This document shows positions 19,015-28,358 of a stretch of DNA of 34,830 nt, in pieces (the stretch's first letter is position 1; every line of letters starts with the position of its first letter). The stretch is taken from assembly GCA_044224525.1 (NCBI GenBank), contig JBGAKI010000028.1, forward strand, positions 1 through 34,830, read 5' to 3'. Origin of the DNA: Polyangiales bacterium. Its GTDB lineage: Bacteria > Myxococcota_A > Polyangia > Polyangiales > CBDCBC01. The translations under genes and the position numbers were made by a program. Below the pieces are notes generated by a model. The model was not told the origin of the DNA and searched no databases. It saw only the letters and a list, made by a program, of their open reading frames with translations.

Positions 19015-20262
19015 GTGGGTTGTAATAACGCTTTTGCTCGTACGCTCGTTACCCTTGGCATGACGCTTGGCGTCTGTGCACTATCGTTGTCTACCTTGCA
19101 GGGATGTCGAACCCACAAGCCCCAAACCGTCGACTGCAGCGTCGATCCCGATGGCACCGTTTGCACACCCGAAAGCCCCGCTGATCGCGCAACCCAGGCT
19201 CGGTTTATTTGCTTGTCGGGCACGTGCGTCGCGTCGAAATGCGGCGACGCATTCATCGACTTGGGAGCGAACGAACAATGTGAAGATACCAATGGCACTG
19301 AACATGATGGCTGTGAACCCGACACATGCACATTTTCTTGTGTGGATGATGCCGGCTGCGACGACGGCAACTTGTGCAACGGCGCAGAAACCTGCAACGC
19401 AGGCCTACATCGCTGCAATGCCGGTATGATTGCCGCGGCAGGCACCACCTGTAAAGTCTCGGACACCATCAACGGTAAATGTAATATGGGCATGTGCAGT
19501 CCGGCCGCATGTGACCACGACGGAACGAAAGAAACCGGCGAAGAGTGCGACGACGGCAACACGGTATCGGGCGATGGTTGCGAAAACGACTGTACATTTA
19601 GCTGTGACAGCGCTTACCGCGACAGCGCATGCCCGGCAATAAGCTGTGATTTTGCTAAAGACACCCAAGTTGTTTCAACATGCACCGCGGGTCAGGGCCA
19701 AGGAACCATTGGCAACGCTCCGGTCAATACACCAATAAAAACATGCGTTGAGAGCCGCACCGTATGCAATCAAACCGTCTATAACGGATGCACGCGCGCC
19801 GGCTGTGTTGCCGGGGTGGGATGCAGCTACATTCCCAGATACCGATCAAGTAGTATTAAGACAGCAACCGATACGGATCACATCAACAACCGAACAGGCG
19901 TGTATAGCAGTAAGTTAACCGCATGGACCAAACAGTTTAAAAGCGAATGCGACAGCACATGCAGCAAAGATCAGCCCGTCATTCCAATCCTAGATTCCAG
20001 CGTGGCGCTCAGGACCAAGCCCTACTGCCAACTGGTCGGTTCTATCGAAAAACCAACCTGCTACGATAGTTTTGATTATGACTGCTCGGGTGCCTTCGAA
20101 TGGCCCGCACCGATGTGCAATGTGTTCAACGGAATCAAAATCAACGGTTGGCTAGCCAAGTACGAAAACGAATGCGGCGAGGAGCAAGACTTCGTCGAGT
20201 ACGACCCGTCTCCACTATCGTGTAAATCAAACACCTACGCAAGTGCCGTGAATTGCCGTTAA
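19015..20262 (+). CDS. Cys-rich repeat lipoprotein, long form (N-terminal Cys repeats plus a distinct C-terminal Cys-rich domain)
   Basis: GTG at 19015 lies 8 nt after AAGGAG. Signal with lipobox LQGC. Repeats CGDAFIDLGANEQCEDTNGTEHDGCEPDTCTF and ETGEECDDGNTVSGDGCENDCTF. C-terminal region (..CYDSFDYDCSGAFEW..) is shared with paralogue 20966..22270. Confidence 0.7.
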   Translation: MGCNNAFARTLVTLGMTLGVCALSLSTLQGCRTHKPQTVDCSVDPDGTVCTPESPADRATQARFICLSGTCVASKCGDAFIDLGANEQCEDTNGTEHDGCEPDTCTFSCVDDAGCDDGNLCNGAETCNAGLHRCNAGMIAAAGTTCKVSDTINGKCNMGMCSPAACDHDGTKETGEECDDGNTVSGDGCENDCTFSCDSAYRDSACPAISCDFAKDTQVVSTCTAGQGQGTIGNAPVNTPIKTCVESRTVCNQTVYNGCTRAGCVAGVGCSYIPRYRSSSIKTATDTDHINNRTGVYSSKLTAWTKQFKSECDSTCSKDQPVIPILDSSVALRTKPYCQLVGSIEKPTCYDSFDYDCSGAFEWPAPMCNVFNGIKINGWLAKYENECGEEQDFVEYDPSPLSCKSNTYASAVNCR

Positions 20263-20493
20263 TAGCCAATATGACCCGCACCAAGATAATTACCCGCGTC
20301 TTGCGTGCACAGTAATGCTAACCACCTCGGGTTGCTCAGTTTACCGGAACGCCGCGCATCGGCAAGATTCAGCGCACAATGAAAGCCAACACACCTTGCA
20401 CATAAAAAGATTCAGGACAACGAAGAAAAAGCCAACACACCCTGCACCCAATTAGACGAATGCAACGATGGCAACGCCTGCAACGGGCTTGAA

Positions 20494-20919
20494 ATGTGCG
20501 CACCCGATGCCGAGGGCGCCGATGCTAAAGGTTGCGTGACAGGATTGCCGGCACCTAACGGAACCACATGCGACGGCGACGGTGACGCAAACACACCTGA
20601 AATTTGCGTCAGCGGTAGTTGCGTCACAAAAAAATGTGGTGATGGCTTTGTCGACACCAACTCGAGCAACGGCAACACACCCGAACAGTGTGACGACGGC
20701 AACGCCATCGACGACGACGGTTGCACCCAGATGTGCAAGTATTCATGCACAAAAGAAAGCGATTGCGCGTACCTATCGCAAAACAACCCATGCATGGGCG
20801 CACCCACCTGTAACCTGATGCAACACCGCTGCCGAGCTGGACTTCTACTCTCGGGAATAAGTTGTTCAGTCAACAATATGAGCGGAACTTGCCAATCAGG
20901 CACCTGCGTAATTCCTTAG
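20494..20919 (+). CDS. Cys-rich repeat protein, short-form paralogue of 18382..18966 with a degraded 5' end (possible pseudogene, or expressed without signal peptide)
   Basis: Body is collinear with 18382..18966 (..CNDGNACNGLEMC..KCGDGFVDT..QCDDGNAIDDDGC..). The frame is open upstream to 20383 (HKKIQDNEEK.. matches HNKIKDNKPQ.. of the paralogue) but has no start codon. A remnant of the signal/lipobox (..GCSV) lies out of frame, separated by an imperfect tandem duplication of about 46 bp. Confidence 0.5.
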   Translation: MCAPDAEGADAKGCVTGLPAPNGTTCDGDGDANTPEICVSGSCVTKKCGDGFVDTNSSNGNTPEQCDDGNAIDDDGCTQMCKYSCTKESDCAYLSQNNPCMGAPTCNLMQHRCRAGLLLSGISCSVNNMSGTCQSGTCVIP

Positions 20920-20965
20920 TTTGAAACTGACAAGTATGATACGATTGTTCGTACAAGCACACTCT

Positions 20966-22270
20966 ATGACGCATGATCGGGCTCGGTTGACCGTTTTTGC
21001 TGTCGCTGTAATTACATGTTTCAGCGCAGGTCGTTGTGACGACGTAAAAGACCCGGTTGACTGCAAGACAGCCGCCGAGGGTACAGAGTGCAAACCGCTC
21101 GGCAACGTCAACAACCCCGAGGCACGCCGCATCTGTCTAGCCAGTGCATGCGTCGAATCGACGTGTGGCGATGGCTTCATTGACGCACCCAAGGGCGAAA
21201 GCTGCGAAGACGGCAACGGCGTCGAAAACGATGGCTGTGAACCCGACACATGTGTCTACTCGTGCGCTAAAGATGACGACTGTCAGGTAAGCACGCAATG
21301 TGCAGGCGCGCGCTCATGTGATCTTTCAACGCACCGTTGTCGCATTGACGGGCCCTCAAAAGAGGGTGACGCATGTCAATTGAGCGCGGGCGCAATGGGT
21401 AGCTGTAAACCCGATCCAAGCGTCGTGAATATCACCAGCGATGAACACCCGGCGTTGATATGTGCGTTTACCGGTTGTGTTCTAGACGGAAAGAAAACGG
21501 CAGGCGAAGAATGCGACGACGGCAACGCAATATATGGTGATGGTTGCGACGACTGTACATTCAGCTGCAATAGCCCAATTCACGCCGAACGGCTTTGCGA
21601 CCCACCGACGTGTCTAGATACCTCGGGTTCAAACAGCGGCACGGGTGCAACCATTATCGGCAGCGGAACCATCACCCCTGTACCCACCAGCAGCGAACAA
21701 TACTTCGCTTGCGTTGACACGGGCAACGGCGGCAAAATCTGCGAGCAACATGAACGCAACTGCGCCGATTACACCTATAACAATTGCACCACGGCACAGT
21801 GCATTCCAGGAATGGGTTGCGCTTATGTGCCCCAGTTCAAAACAGCGGGTGGCCCGCAAGGTGGTACGCAAAACGTGCCGCTCTTGAACGATGATGGCAC
21901 ACCCAGCCCCTCACTAAGTCGCTGGATCAGCATCAAACCACGCACCTGCGACGCCATGTGCGACCCCAGATATCAACCGCTCTTGCCGATTTCTGCCGAG
22001 CAGGCCTCGCCGACGACGCCCTTTTGTCAAAAATCGGGCGACGTCGATAATCCTACCTGTTTTGATAGCTTTGATTACGACTGCAACGGTAAGTTCGAAT
22101 ACGTGCTGGCCACTTGTTCTTCCGACCCCAAGACCTCGTACGCTCGCAGCAACGGCTGGTTTGGCGTGAACGACGCAGACTGTGGTATAGACAGCGACTA
22201 CCGCGAGTTTACGGCTGGCGTAGCGTCTTGCGAATATCCACCTGCAACGCGCCCCTTGGCCTGTCGCTAA
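20966..22270 (+). CDS. Cys-rich repeat secreted protein, long form (paralogue of 19015..20262)
   Basis: Start chosen at ATG 20966 (MTHDRARLTVFAVAVITCFSAGRC signal); the track's TTG 20921 and ATG 20936 are alternatives. Repeats CGDGFIDAPKGESCEDGNGVENDGCEPDTCVY and AGEECDDGNAIYGDGCDDCTF. C-terminus (..CFDSFDYDCNGKFEY..) is homologous to the long-form paralogue. Confidence 0.7.
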   Translation: MTHDRARLTVFAVAVITCFSAGRCDDVKDPVDCKTAAEGTECKPLGNVNNPEARRICLASACVESTCGDGFIDAPKGESCEDGNGVENDGCEPDTCVYSCAKDDDCQVSTQCAGARSCDLSTHRCRIDGPSKEGDACQLSAGAMGSCKPDPSVVNITSDEHPALICAFTGCVLDGKKTAGEECDDGNAIYGDGCDDCTFSCNSPIHAERLCDPPTCLDTSGSNSGTGATIIGSGTITPVPTSSEQYFACVDTGNGGKICEQHERNCADYTYNNCTTAQCIPGMGCAYVPQFKTAGGPQGGTQNVPLLNDDGTPSPSLSRWISIKPRTCDAMCDPRYQPLLPISAEQASPTTPFCQKSGDVDNPTCFDSFDYDCNGKFEYVLATCSSDPKTSYARSNGWFGVNDADCGIDSDYREFTAGVASCEYPPATRPLACR

Positions 22271-22373
22271 CAGCCAGTCCGCTAAGCACGTTTAGGCGGC
22301 CAAAAGCCAGAATTCGCCTTATCACAACGACCCACACTGGATTGTTAGCGCCCCTTTCAGTTACAATGGATCG

Positions 22374-23483
22374 ATGTCGCTTAGGATCGGTCAAGACCAT
22401 TCCCGTTTTCGGCAGATCGTTCGCGGTCAGATCCGCGAGAACCTGCGACGTTATATTTCTAAAGGCGAGCTGATCGGCAAACACGGACAAGACCTGGTGT
22501 CGATCCCTGTGCCGCAAATCGACATTCCGCGCTTAAAGTTCAACGACAAACAACAAGGTGGCGTGGGCCAGGGTGATGGCGAACCTGGCGATCCCGTAGG
22601 CCAAGGCGACGAAGAACAACCGGGCGCCGGACAGGCCGGCAGCGACGAAGGGCAGCACTTGCTCGAGGTTGAAATTTCCCTCGAAGAGCTTGCCGATATT
22701 CTAGGCGAAGAACTGGAACTACCGCGCATCTTACCCAAAGGCCAAAGTGTCATCGAGCAGCGCAAGGACCGTTATCGCAGCGTGCGGCGAGTCGGCCCCA
22801 AAGCCTTGCTACATTATAAGCGCTCGTTTCGCGAGGCCTTGCGCCGCCAGATCACCTCGGGCACCTATGATCCAAAACGCCCAGTGATTGTGCCCGTTCA
22901 TGATGACCTGCGTTTCAAGTCGTCAAAAAGCGAGAACACAGCGGTTTCGAACGCAGTCATTCTTTATATGATGGACGTCTCGGGTTCGATGGGCGACGAG
23001 CAAAAAGAAACCGTTCGCATCGAATCGTTTTGGATCGACGCCTGGTTGCGTCGCCATTATCCAGGCTTACACACGCGCTTCATCATTCACGACGCGGTCG
23101 CCCGCGAAGTCGATCGCGACACCTTTTTTCGCACGCGCGAATCGGGCGGCACCATGATTTCCTCAGCTTATAAACTTGCCGCACAAATGATCGAACGCGA
23201 ATACTCGCCGCAAGACTGGAACATCTATTTGTTTCATTTTTCCGATGGTGACAACTGGAGTGCCGACGACACACAAGTATGCGTCGACATTCTCAAGAAT
23301 AAGCTACTGCCAATCTCGAACCTGTTTTGTTATGGACAAGTCAATAGCCCCTACGGTTCAGGCCAATTCATCAAAGACCTCAATGAACACTTTACCGACG
23401 ACGAGCGCGTGACCACGTCTGAAATCCGCGATCGCGACGGCATCGTTGAATCGATTCGCACTTTCCTTGGCAAAGGTCGCTAA
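22374..23483 (+). CDS. yeaH: YeaH/YhbH family protein (DUF444, vWA-like), PrkA-associated
   Basis: Gly/acidic low-complexity linker ([26 protein letters not shown]). [17 protein letters not shown] (MIDAS-like DxSxS). [34 protein letters not shown]. All conserved in the DUF444 family. Confidence 0.9.
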   Translation: MSLRIGQDHSRFRQIVRGQIRENLRRYISKGELIGKHGQDLVSIPVPQIDIPRLKFNDKQQGGVGQGDGEPGDPVGQGDEEQPGAGQAGSDEGQHLLEVEISLEELADILGEELELPRILPKGQSVIEQRKDRYRSVRRVGPKALLHYKRSFREALRRQITSGTYDPKRPVIVPVHDDLRFKSSKSENTAVSNAVILYMMDVSGSMGDEQKETVRIESFWIDAWLRRHYPGLHTRFIIHDAVAREVDRDTFFRTRESGGTMISSAYKLAAQMIEREYSPQDWNIYLFHFSDGDNWSADDTQVCVDILKNKLLPISNLFCYGQVNSPYGSGQFIKDLNEHFTDDERVTTSEIRDRDGIVESIRTFLGKGR

Positions 23484-23486
23484 CCC

Positions 23487-25025
23487 ATGGCATCCAAACT
23501 GACCACCACCTTCCCAAGTGAGCTGCGCGATGAACAACGGCGCATCGAACGTTTTGCCAAAGACTACGGGCTAGATTTCTTTCCTGTGCTTTTTGAAGTG
23601 CTTGGCTACGACCAGATGAACGAAATCGCCGCTTATGGCGGTTTCCCAACGCGCTATCCCCATTGGCGTTTTGGCATGGAATACGAGCGCCTCTCAAAAA
23701 GCTACGAGTATGGTTTATCCAAGATTTACGAGATGGTCATCAACAACAACCCATCAGTCGCTTATTTGCTAGACGGCAACGCGATGGTTGATCAGAAACT
23801 GGTGATGGCGCACGTGTATGCGCACGTCGATTTCTTTAAAAACAACTTCACCTTTGGAAAAACCGATCAAGGGCGCCACGCCGAATCAGGTGAACCAATC
23901 CGTAAGTGGATCGACACCATGGCCAACCATGGCGCGATCATTCGTAAGTGGTCCAACCGCATTGGTCCCGAAAAACTAGAGGAGTTCATCGATCTTTGTT
24001 TGACGCTCGAAAACCTTATCGACCCACAGGCCGAAGTGTACGTGCAAAGTGTGCGCGAGCGCGCGGAAAGTGACGAAGAAGAGGATTCTTCAACCAAAGA
24101 ACTCTCAAAGCTACGTGTCGATCGCGACTATATGGAGTCGTTCATCAACACCGAAGAGTTCATGGCCGAGCAACAACGTAAACAAACTGAGGAAGACAAC
24201 AAGGCCAAAGGTTTTCCCGAAAAACCAGTGCGCGACATTTTATGGTTTTTGATCGAACACGCTCCCCTTGAACGCTGGGAACGCGACGTATTGGTGGTTC
24301 TAAGACGCGAGGCCTATTATTTTTGGCCACAGATGCAGACCAAGATCATGAACGAAGGTTGGGCCACCTATTGGCACTCGAAGATCATGACCGAAAAGGC
24401 AGCCGATGCGTCAGAAATTGTCGACTACGCCGATCGCTGCGCCGGTGTGCTCGCGTCGTCAGGCGGTCAGCTAAACCCATACAAACTGGGCGTTGAGCTG
24501 TATCGTCACATCGAAGAGCGCTGGGACAAAGGACAGTTCGGCCCTGCATGGGACGCGTGTGATGACATGGCCGAGCGGCAAAACTGGAATTTGCGCAGCG
24601 GTCTGGGCCGTAAGAAAATTTTTGAAGTGCGCTCGTTTTATAACGACGTGACGTTTATTGATGAGTATTTAACGCCGGATTTCGTAGCGCAGAACAAACT
24701 ATTTGGCTTTGGTTATAACCCGCGCAACAATCGCTACGAAATTGAAACGCGCACTTTCGACGAAGTTAAACGTCGCTTGCTCGATCAGCTCACCAATGCG
24801 GGCCACCCGGTGGTGTTCGTTGACGATGCGAATTACGAAAACCGCGCCGAGCTATTGCTTAGGCACAACCACCAGGGCGTTGATCTTCGCGTCGACTACG
24901 CCAAAGAGGTGCTACGTGCGTTGTTTCGCGTATGGAAGCGCCCTGTGCAACTGCATTCGATCGTCGAGGGTAAAGCCACGCTGCTGCGTTACGACGGCGA
25001 AGATTACAACTCGTCGGTGCTCTAA
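23487..25025 (+). CDS. spoVR: SpoVR family protein
   Basis: 512 aa. Starts 4 nt after the yeaH stop. YGGFPTRYPHWRFGMEYE, HVYAHVDFFKNN and WATYWHS motifs are typical of SpoVR/YcgB. Confidence 0.9.
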   Translation: MASKLTTTFPSELRDEQRRIERFAKDYGLDFFPVLFEVLGYDQMNEIAAYGGFPTRYPHWRFGMEYERLSKSYEYGLSKIYEMVINNNPSVAYLLDGNAMVDQKLVMAHVYAHVDFFKNNFTFGKTDQGRHAESGEPIRKWIDTMANHGAIIRKWSNRIGPEKLEEFIDLCLTLENLIDPQAEVYVQSVRERAESDEEEDSSTKELSKLRVDRDYMESFINTEEFMAEQQRKQTEEDNKAKGFPEKPVRDILWFLIEHAPLERWERDVLVVLRREAYYFWPQMQTKIMNEGWATYWHSKIMTEKAADASEIVDYADRCAGVLASSGGQLNPYKLGVELYRHIEERWDKGQFGPAWDACDDMAERQNWNLRSGLGRKKIFEVRSFYNDVTFIDEYLTPDFVAQNKLFGFGYNPRNNRYEIETRTFDEVKRRLLDQLTNAGHPVVFVDDANYENRAELLLRHNHQGVDLRVDYAKEVLRALFRVWKRPVQLHSIVEGKATLLRYDGEDYNSSVL

Positions 25026-25561
25026 AGCGTATCGCAATTCTTGAAGCGAAAGGTGACCGCGCCGCCGCTCGGCCCAATCAAGTCGCGCAGCGCGCCGCTG
25101 CTAAGTGATGAGGTCATGCCCATACATTTAAAAGAGCCATTGATCGAGGTACCATCAACGTTGATTTCGTTAAAAACACACGTCAGGCTGTTATCGGTGC
25201 CGCAAGTTCCAGTGAACTCGATTTGGTCATCGTCAAATGCACGTACCGTGCACCCGCTGTTGGCAACTGTCGCGCTCCCTTTGGTAATCACCGCGTTGCG
25301 CAACTCGATTCCATAATCTGCGCCATGAATCGCCGAAAAATAAACAGAGGTTTCGTTGCCGCGGTCTTCAATACGGCACCCAAGGCTAAAACCGTTGGTT
25401 CCGTCGTCGCCAGCAAACTGCCGCACACCGTTGGTACAAACACTAACGTTATTGTCCTTCGAACACGACAGCTTCCACGCACCGTCACCCGACACTGGAT
25501 CGCTGCCGCACGCAACGCCAAAGACCACGACCGCTGTCAAAAATGGGAGTTTTGCTGTCAC
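25022..25561 (-). CDS. Hypothetical lipoprotein
   Basis: Signal MTAKLPFLTAVVVFGVACGS (lipobox VAC). Gly/Thr/Cys-rich secreted protein. Overlaps the spoVR stop by 4 nt (convergent). Confidence 0.5.
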   Translation of the reverse strand: MTAKLPFLTAVVVFGVACGSDPVSGDGAWKLSCSKDNNVSVCTNGVRQFAGDDGTNGFSLGCRIEDRGNETSVYFSAIHGADYGIELRNAVITKGSATVANSGCTVRAFDDDQIEFTGTCGTDNSLTCVFNEINVDGTSINGSFKCMGMTSSLSSGALRDLIGPSGGAVTFRFKNCDTL

Positions 25562-25645
25562 TGTAAGGACCTCACCTTAAGCATAGCGGACTATACCCCT
25601 ACTCGGCAAGGACATGCGTGCCCAACCGGCGCGAAGACACAACCC

Positions 25646-26167
25646 TTAAAAACGTCGCAGATCCCAGGTAAATCGCGCAATAGAATCGTAAAACCAAGTC
25701 GTAAATCGCACAGCTTGCGAGCAAGGCATGTCAGAAGCTTCGGAACCAAACGAGCGAAAGATGATTCTGTCGTTGATGATCGTAATGGACGACGTCGTGC
25801 TTGGATGCAGCGAATCGCGAAAATCACCTGTTTTCAAGATGAAATACGTAAACCCTTCAGTGCTGTAGTTCGCCACATCAAGAGAGTCGGCGGGTAACTG
25901 AAAACCAAACGAACGGCTCGTAGTACGAAAAAGTGTTTCCAGATAACCAAAGGCTTTTGTAGGCACCACATACTTTAGTGTGGTTTCGTGATAACCGGCG
26001 TGGCTACAACCACTACCTGGTCCAGTGGTAGGTGTTTTCTCATCGACCACAGGCGGGCAGGTCGCAATCTGCGCCGAGCTAGAAAAATCAACCGGTTCGT
26101 CGGTACCGCACGCGCAAACGCCCGTCAATACCAGAACGACAAAAGCCAACAACCTGAGCCTAAACAC
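25646..26167 (-). CDS. Hypothetical lipoprotein
   Basis: Signal MFRLRLLAFVVLVLTGVCACG (lipobox LTGVC). No family recognised. Confidence 0.5.
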   Translation of the reverse strand: MFRLRLLAFVVLVLTGVCACGTDEPVDFSSSAQIATCPPVVDEKTPTTGPGSGCSHAGYHETTLKYVVPTKAFGYLETLFRTTSRSFGFQLPADSLDVANYSTEGFTYFILKTGDFRDSLHPSTTSSITIINDRIIFRSFGSEASDMPCSQAVRFTTWFYDSIARFTWDLRRF

Positions 26168-26216
26168 CCTGAAAATCTAGCATCAACCAAGATAGCGTCA
26201 AGTGCGACGCCCATCC

Positions 26217-27383
26217 TCAAGTAGTGTAAAGCGCGTTGATGCGGATGTATTCTTCGGTTAAATCGCAACCCCAGGCGGTTGCTTGAGCTGGCCCCACTTT
26301 CAAATCGACCTCAATGCGAACGCGTTCTGCACTCAGCACAGCACGCAAAGGCTCCAGCACCCCGCCGCCGACAGGCTTAGCATCGTAAACAACAATATCA
26401 CCAAACCTTACACTCAAGCGCTCAGCGACCACATCCGGGTCTTGCGTTTTGCCTAACGCCATCATCACGCGGCCCCAGTTCGGATCAGCACCATGCACCG
26501 CGGTTTTTACAAGCGGCGAGTTGACGATCGATTTAGCGAGCTTGCGCGCCTGTTCATCGGAGCGAGCACCCTTGACGCACACCTCGATTAGCTTCGAAGC
26601 GCCTTCGGCATCCAAAAGTAAATCTTGCCCAAGCTGAACAGCCATTGTCGTCAGCGCTTGCTCGAACGCTTTTGCATCGACCGCACCTGCCGCGCCGCTC
26701 GCAAAAATCGCTGCCGTGTCGCTGGTACTGGTGTCGGTGTCAACGCTAATCATGTTCAACGATGCGCCAATCGCCCGCTTAAACATGGCACTGAGAATAT
26801 CGCCCGTGATTTGGGCATCGGTAAAGAAGTAACAAAGCAGGGTCGCCATGTTGGGCTCGATCATGCCGGCCCCTTTGATCATACCGGTCAGCACCGCATT
26901 GCCAACGCGCACACTGCGCACCTTGGCATTGCGATCGGTGGTCAGCATCGCGTGCGCCACTCCATCAAAACTTTGCTCGCTGACTTTGTTCTCAACACCT
27001 TCGAGCGCCGCGCGCACTTTGTCCATCGGCATGGGTCGACCGATCACGCCGGTTGATGATGGCAACACAAGTGTCTTATCGATGCCGAAGGCCTTGGCCA
27101 CGCGATCGCAAATCTCGTGCACGTCACGCAGCCCCTGTTCGCCGTTGGCCACGTTGGCGTTGCCGCTGGTTACCACCAAAGCTTGCAGCGTGCCGCTCTG
27201 AATATGGTTGCGCCCCACCGTGACACAAGGGCCACAAAACGTGTTTTGCGTAAAAAGCGCCGCCGCCTGGCATGGTCGATCGGCGATCACCAGCCCAAAA
27301 TCGGCTTTGTCTGCTTTGATACCAGCATGCGTTGCGTAAGAGCGAAAGCCCTTGGGTGTAAGACTGTGATGTTCGGTCGACAT
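26217..27383 (-). CDS. argJ: Bifunctional glutamate N-acetyltransferase / amino-acid acetyltransferase (ornithine acetyltransferase)
   Basis: GIKADKADFGL, GNANVANG, TGMIKGAGMIEPNMATLLCYFFTDA (autocleavage site ATL) and C-terminal EYIRINALYTT are all collinear with ArgJ. Confidence 0.9.
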   Translation of the reverse strand: MSTEHHSLTPKGFRSYATHAGIKADKADFGLVIADRPCQAAALFTQNTFCGPCVTVGRNHIQSGTLQALVVTSGNANVANGEQGLRDVHEICDRVAKAFGIDKTLVLPSSTGVIGRPMPMDKVRAALEGVENKVSEQSFDGVAHAMLTTDRNAKVRSVRVGNAVLTGMIKGAGMIEPNMATLLCYFFTDAQITGDILSAMFKRAIGASLNMISVDTDTSTSDTAAIFASGAAGAVDAKAFEQALTTMAVQLGQDLLLDAEGASKLIEVCVKGARSDEQARKLAKSIVNSPLVKTAVHGADPNWGRVMMALGKTQDPDVVAERLSVRFGDIVVYDAKPVGGGVLEPLRAVLSAERVRIEVDLKVGPAQATAWGCDLTEEYIRINALYTT

Positions 27384-27547
27384 AAGATGTTAACTGTTTG
27401 TTTTTTCGTTTGAAACTGGTGTATAGAGAATTGCACTAACAAGGTGCATTGCAAGCACCTTACGAAGAAAAACCCAGACTCGTTCAAACAATTGTTCGCC
27501 ACATGGGCTGGGCAGCACCACAAGCATAATTAGAAGGGGGAAGTAGT

Positions 27548-28306
27548 ATGGACAAACAAAACCGTGAACGCCTCGCGAAACTGTTTTCGCTTTTGAGCGT
27601 AACGCTGACCATGTTGTTAGCCGCAAGCACTTTTGCGCAAGAAAGCGACGAAAGTGTCGATGGCGACGATGTTGCCGAGCAATCGGGCAAAGAAGACGCC
27701 ATCGCAGGCGCTGGCGAAGCGACCGAAGCTGCGCCCACGTCGACTGAGTCGACCCCAGGCGTTGAGTCATCCACCGGCACCGAAACACCTGCTGTGCCAG
27801 GTGGCTATTGGGGCGCATTTGCCAGCACCTATGATCGACCGGGCGCCGGACGCGGCACCGAAGGTGGCACAGGCAGCCAAATCTTCGTGTTTCGCACCTT
27901 CGATCCGGGCATCTTGATCGGTCTTGGCGTCAACTTCGCCTACTACGGCGACGGCACACCCCAATCACAAGCTGCACGTGGTGCAACGCTTGCAGCAGGT
28001 GGTCCAGACCCCGGTGTTGACAAAGTAGCAGCGGGTATCGCGCTACATGGTGAGTATTGGGTTTATAACAAAAACCGCATGATGATCGGCCCCGAGCTGA
28101 CCTATCAAAACCAGATGGCGCCTTCAAACGTGTCGTTCAAAAATCACGTTTTCTCGCCTGGTTTAGCGTTTTGGGTTGTGCCCTTTGATGTGCCGCTTGC
28201 GCTCGGTGCTGCATGGGATATCGACATCACCAAATATGATGGTGAAAAGATTGCCATGCGTTCATCGACACCTGCGTTGCGCATTGCTTTTGGTGTCTTC
28301 AAGTAG
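27548..28306 (+). CDS. Secreted, probable outer-membrane beta-barrel-like protein (hypothetical)
   Basis: AGGGGG SD sits 6 nt upstream. Signal peptide ..LAASTFAQE. Acidic linker, then alternating hydrophobic strands. C-terminal ..RIAFGVFK (aromatic, OMP-like terminus). Confidence 0.5.
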   Translation: MDKQNRERLAKLFSLLSVTLTMLLAASTFAQESDESVDGDDVAEQSGKEDAIAGAGEATEAAPTSTESTPGVESSTGTETPAVPGGYWGAFASTYDRPGAGRGTEGGTGSQIFVFRTFDPGILIGLGVNFAYYGDGTPQSQAARGATLAAGGPDPGVDKVAAGIALHGEYWVYNKNRMMIGPELTYQNQMAPSNVSFKNHVFSPGLAFWVVPFDVPLALGAAWDIDITKYDGEKIAMRSSTPALRIAFGVFK

Positions 28307-28328
28307 TTGTTTCGTTGACGTCGAAACC

Positions 28329-28358
28329 GGGAAGACACGCAAGTGTCTTCCCTTTTTT
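28329..28358. terminator. Rho-independent terminator, bidirectional between convergent genes
   Basis: GGGAAGACAC-gcaa-GTGTCTTCCC (10-bp perfect stem) followed by TTTTTT. The stop of the minus-strand SMUG1 gene (28357-59) overlaps the T-tract. Confidence 0.8.

Noticed and set aside
18424-19668. Minus-strand ORFs (18424..18873, 18453..18917, 18975..19562 and others) and plus-strand shadow ORFs 18542..18973 and 19067..19429
   Set aside because: They are antisense or off-frame shadows of the Cys-rich lipoprotein genes. They show Ala/Ser/Pro-rich composition typical of GC-rich non-coding frames, and the coding-strand frames carry the conserved Cys repeat motifs.
25223-25897. 224-aa plus-strand ORF spanning two minus-strand lipoprotein genes
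   Set aside because: It overlaps two minus-strand genes that have clear lipoprotein signals and spans their intergenic gap. It has no motifs and an Arg-rich shadow composition.
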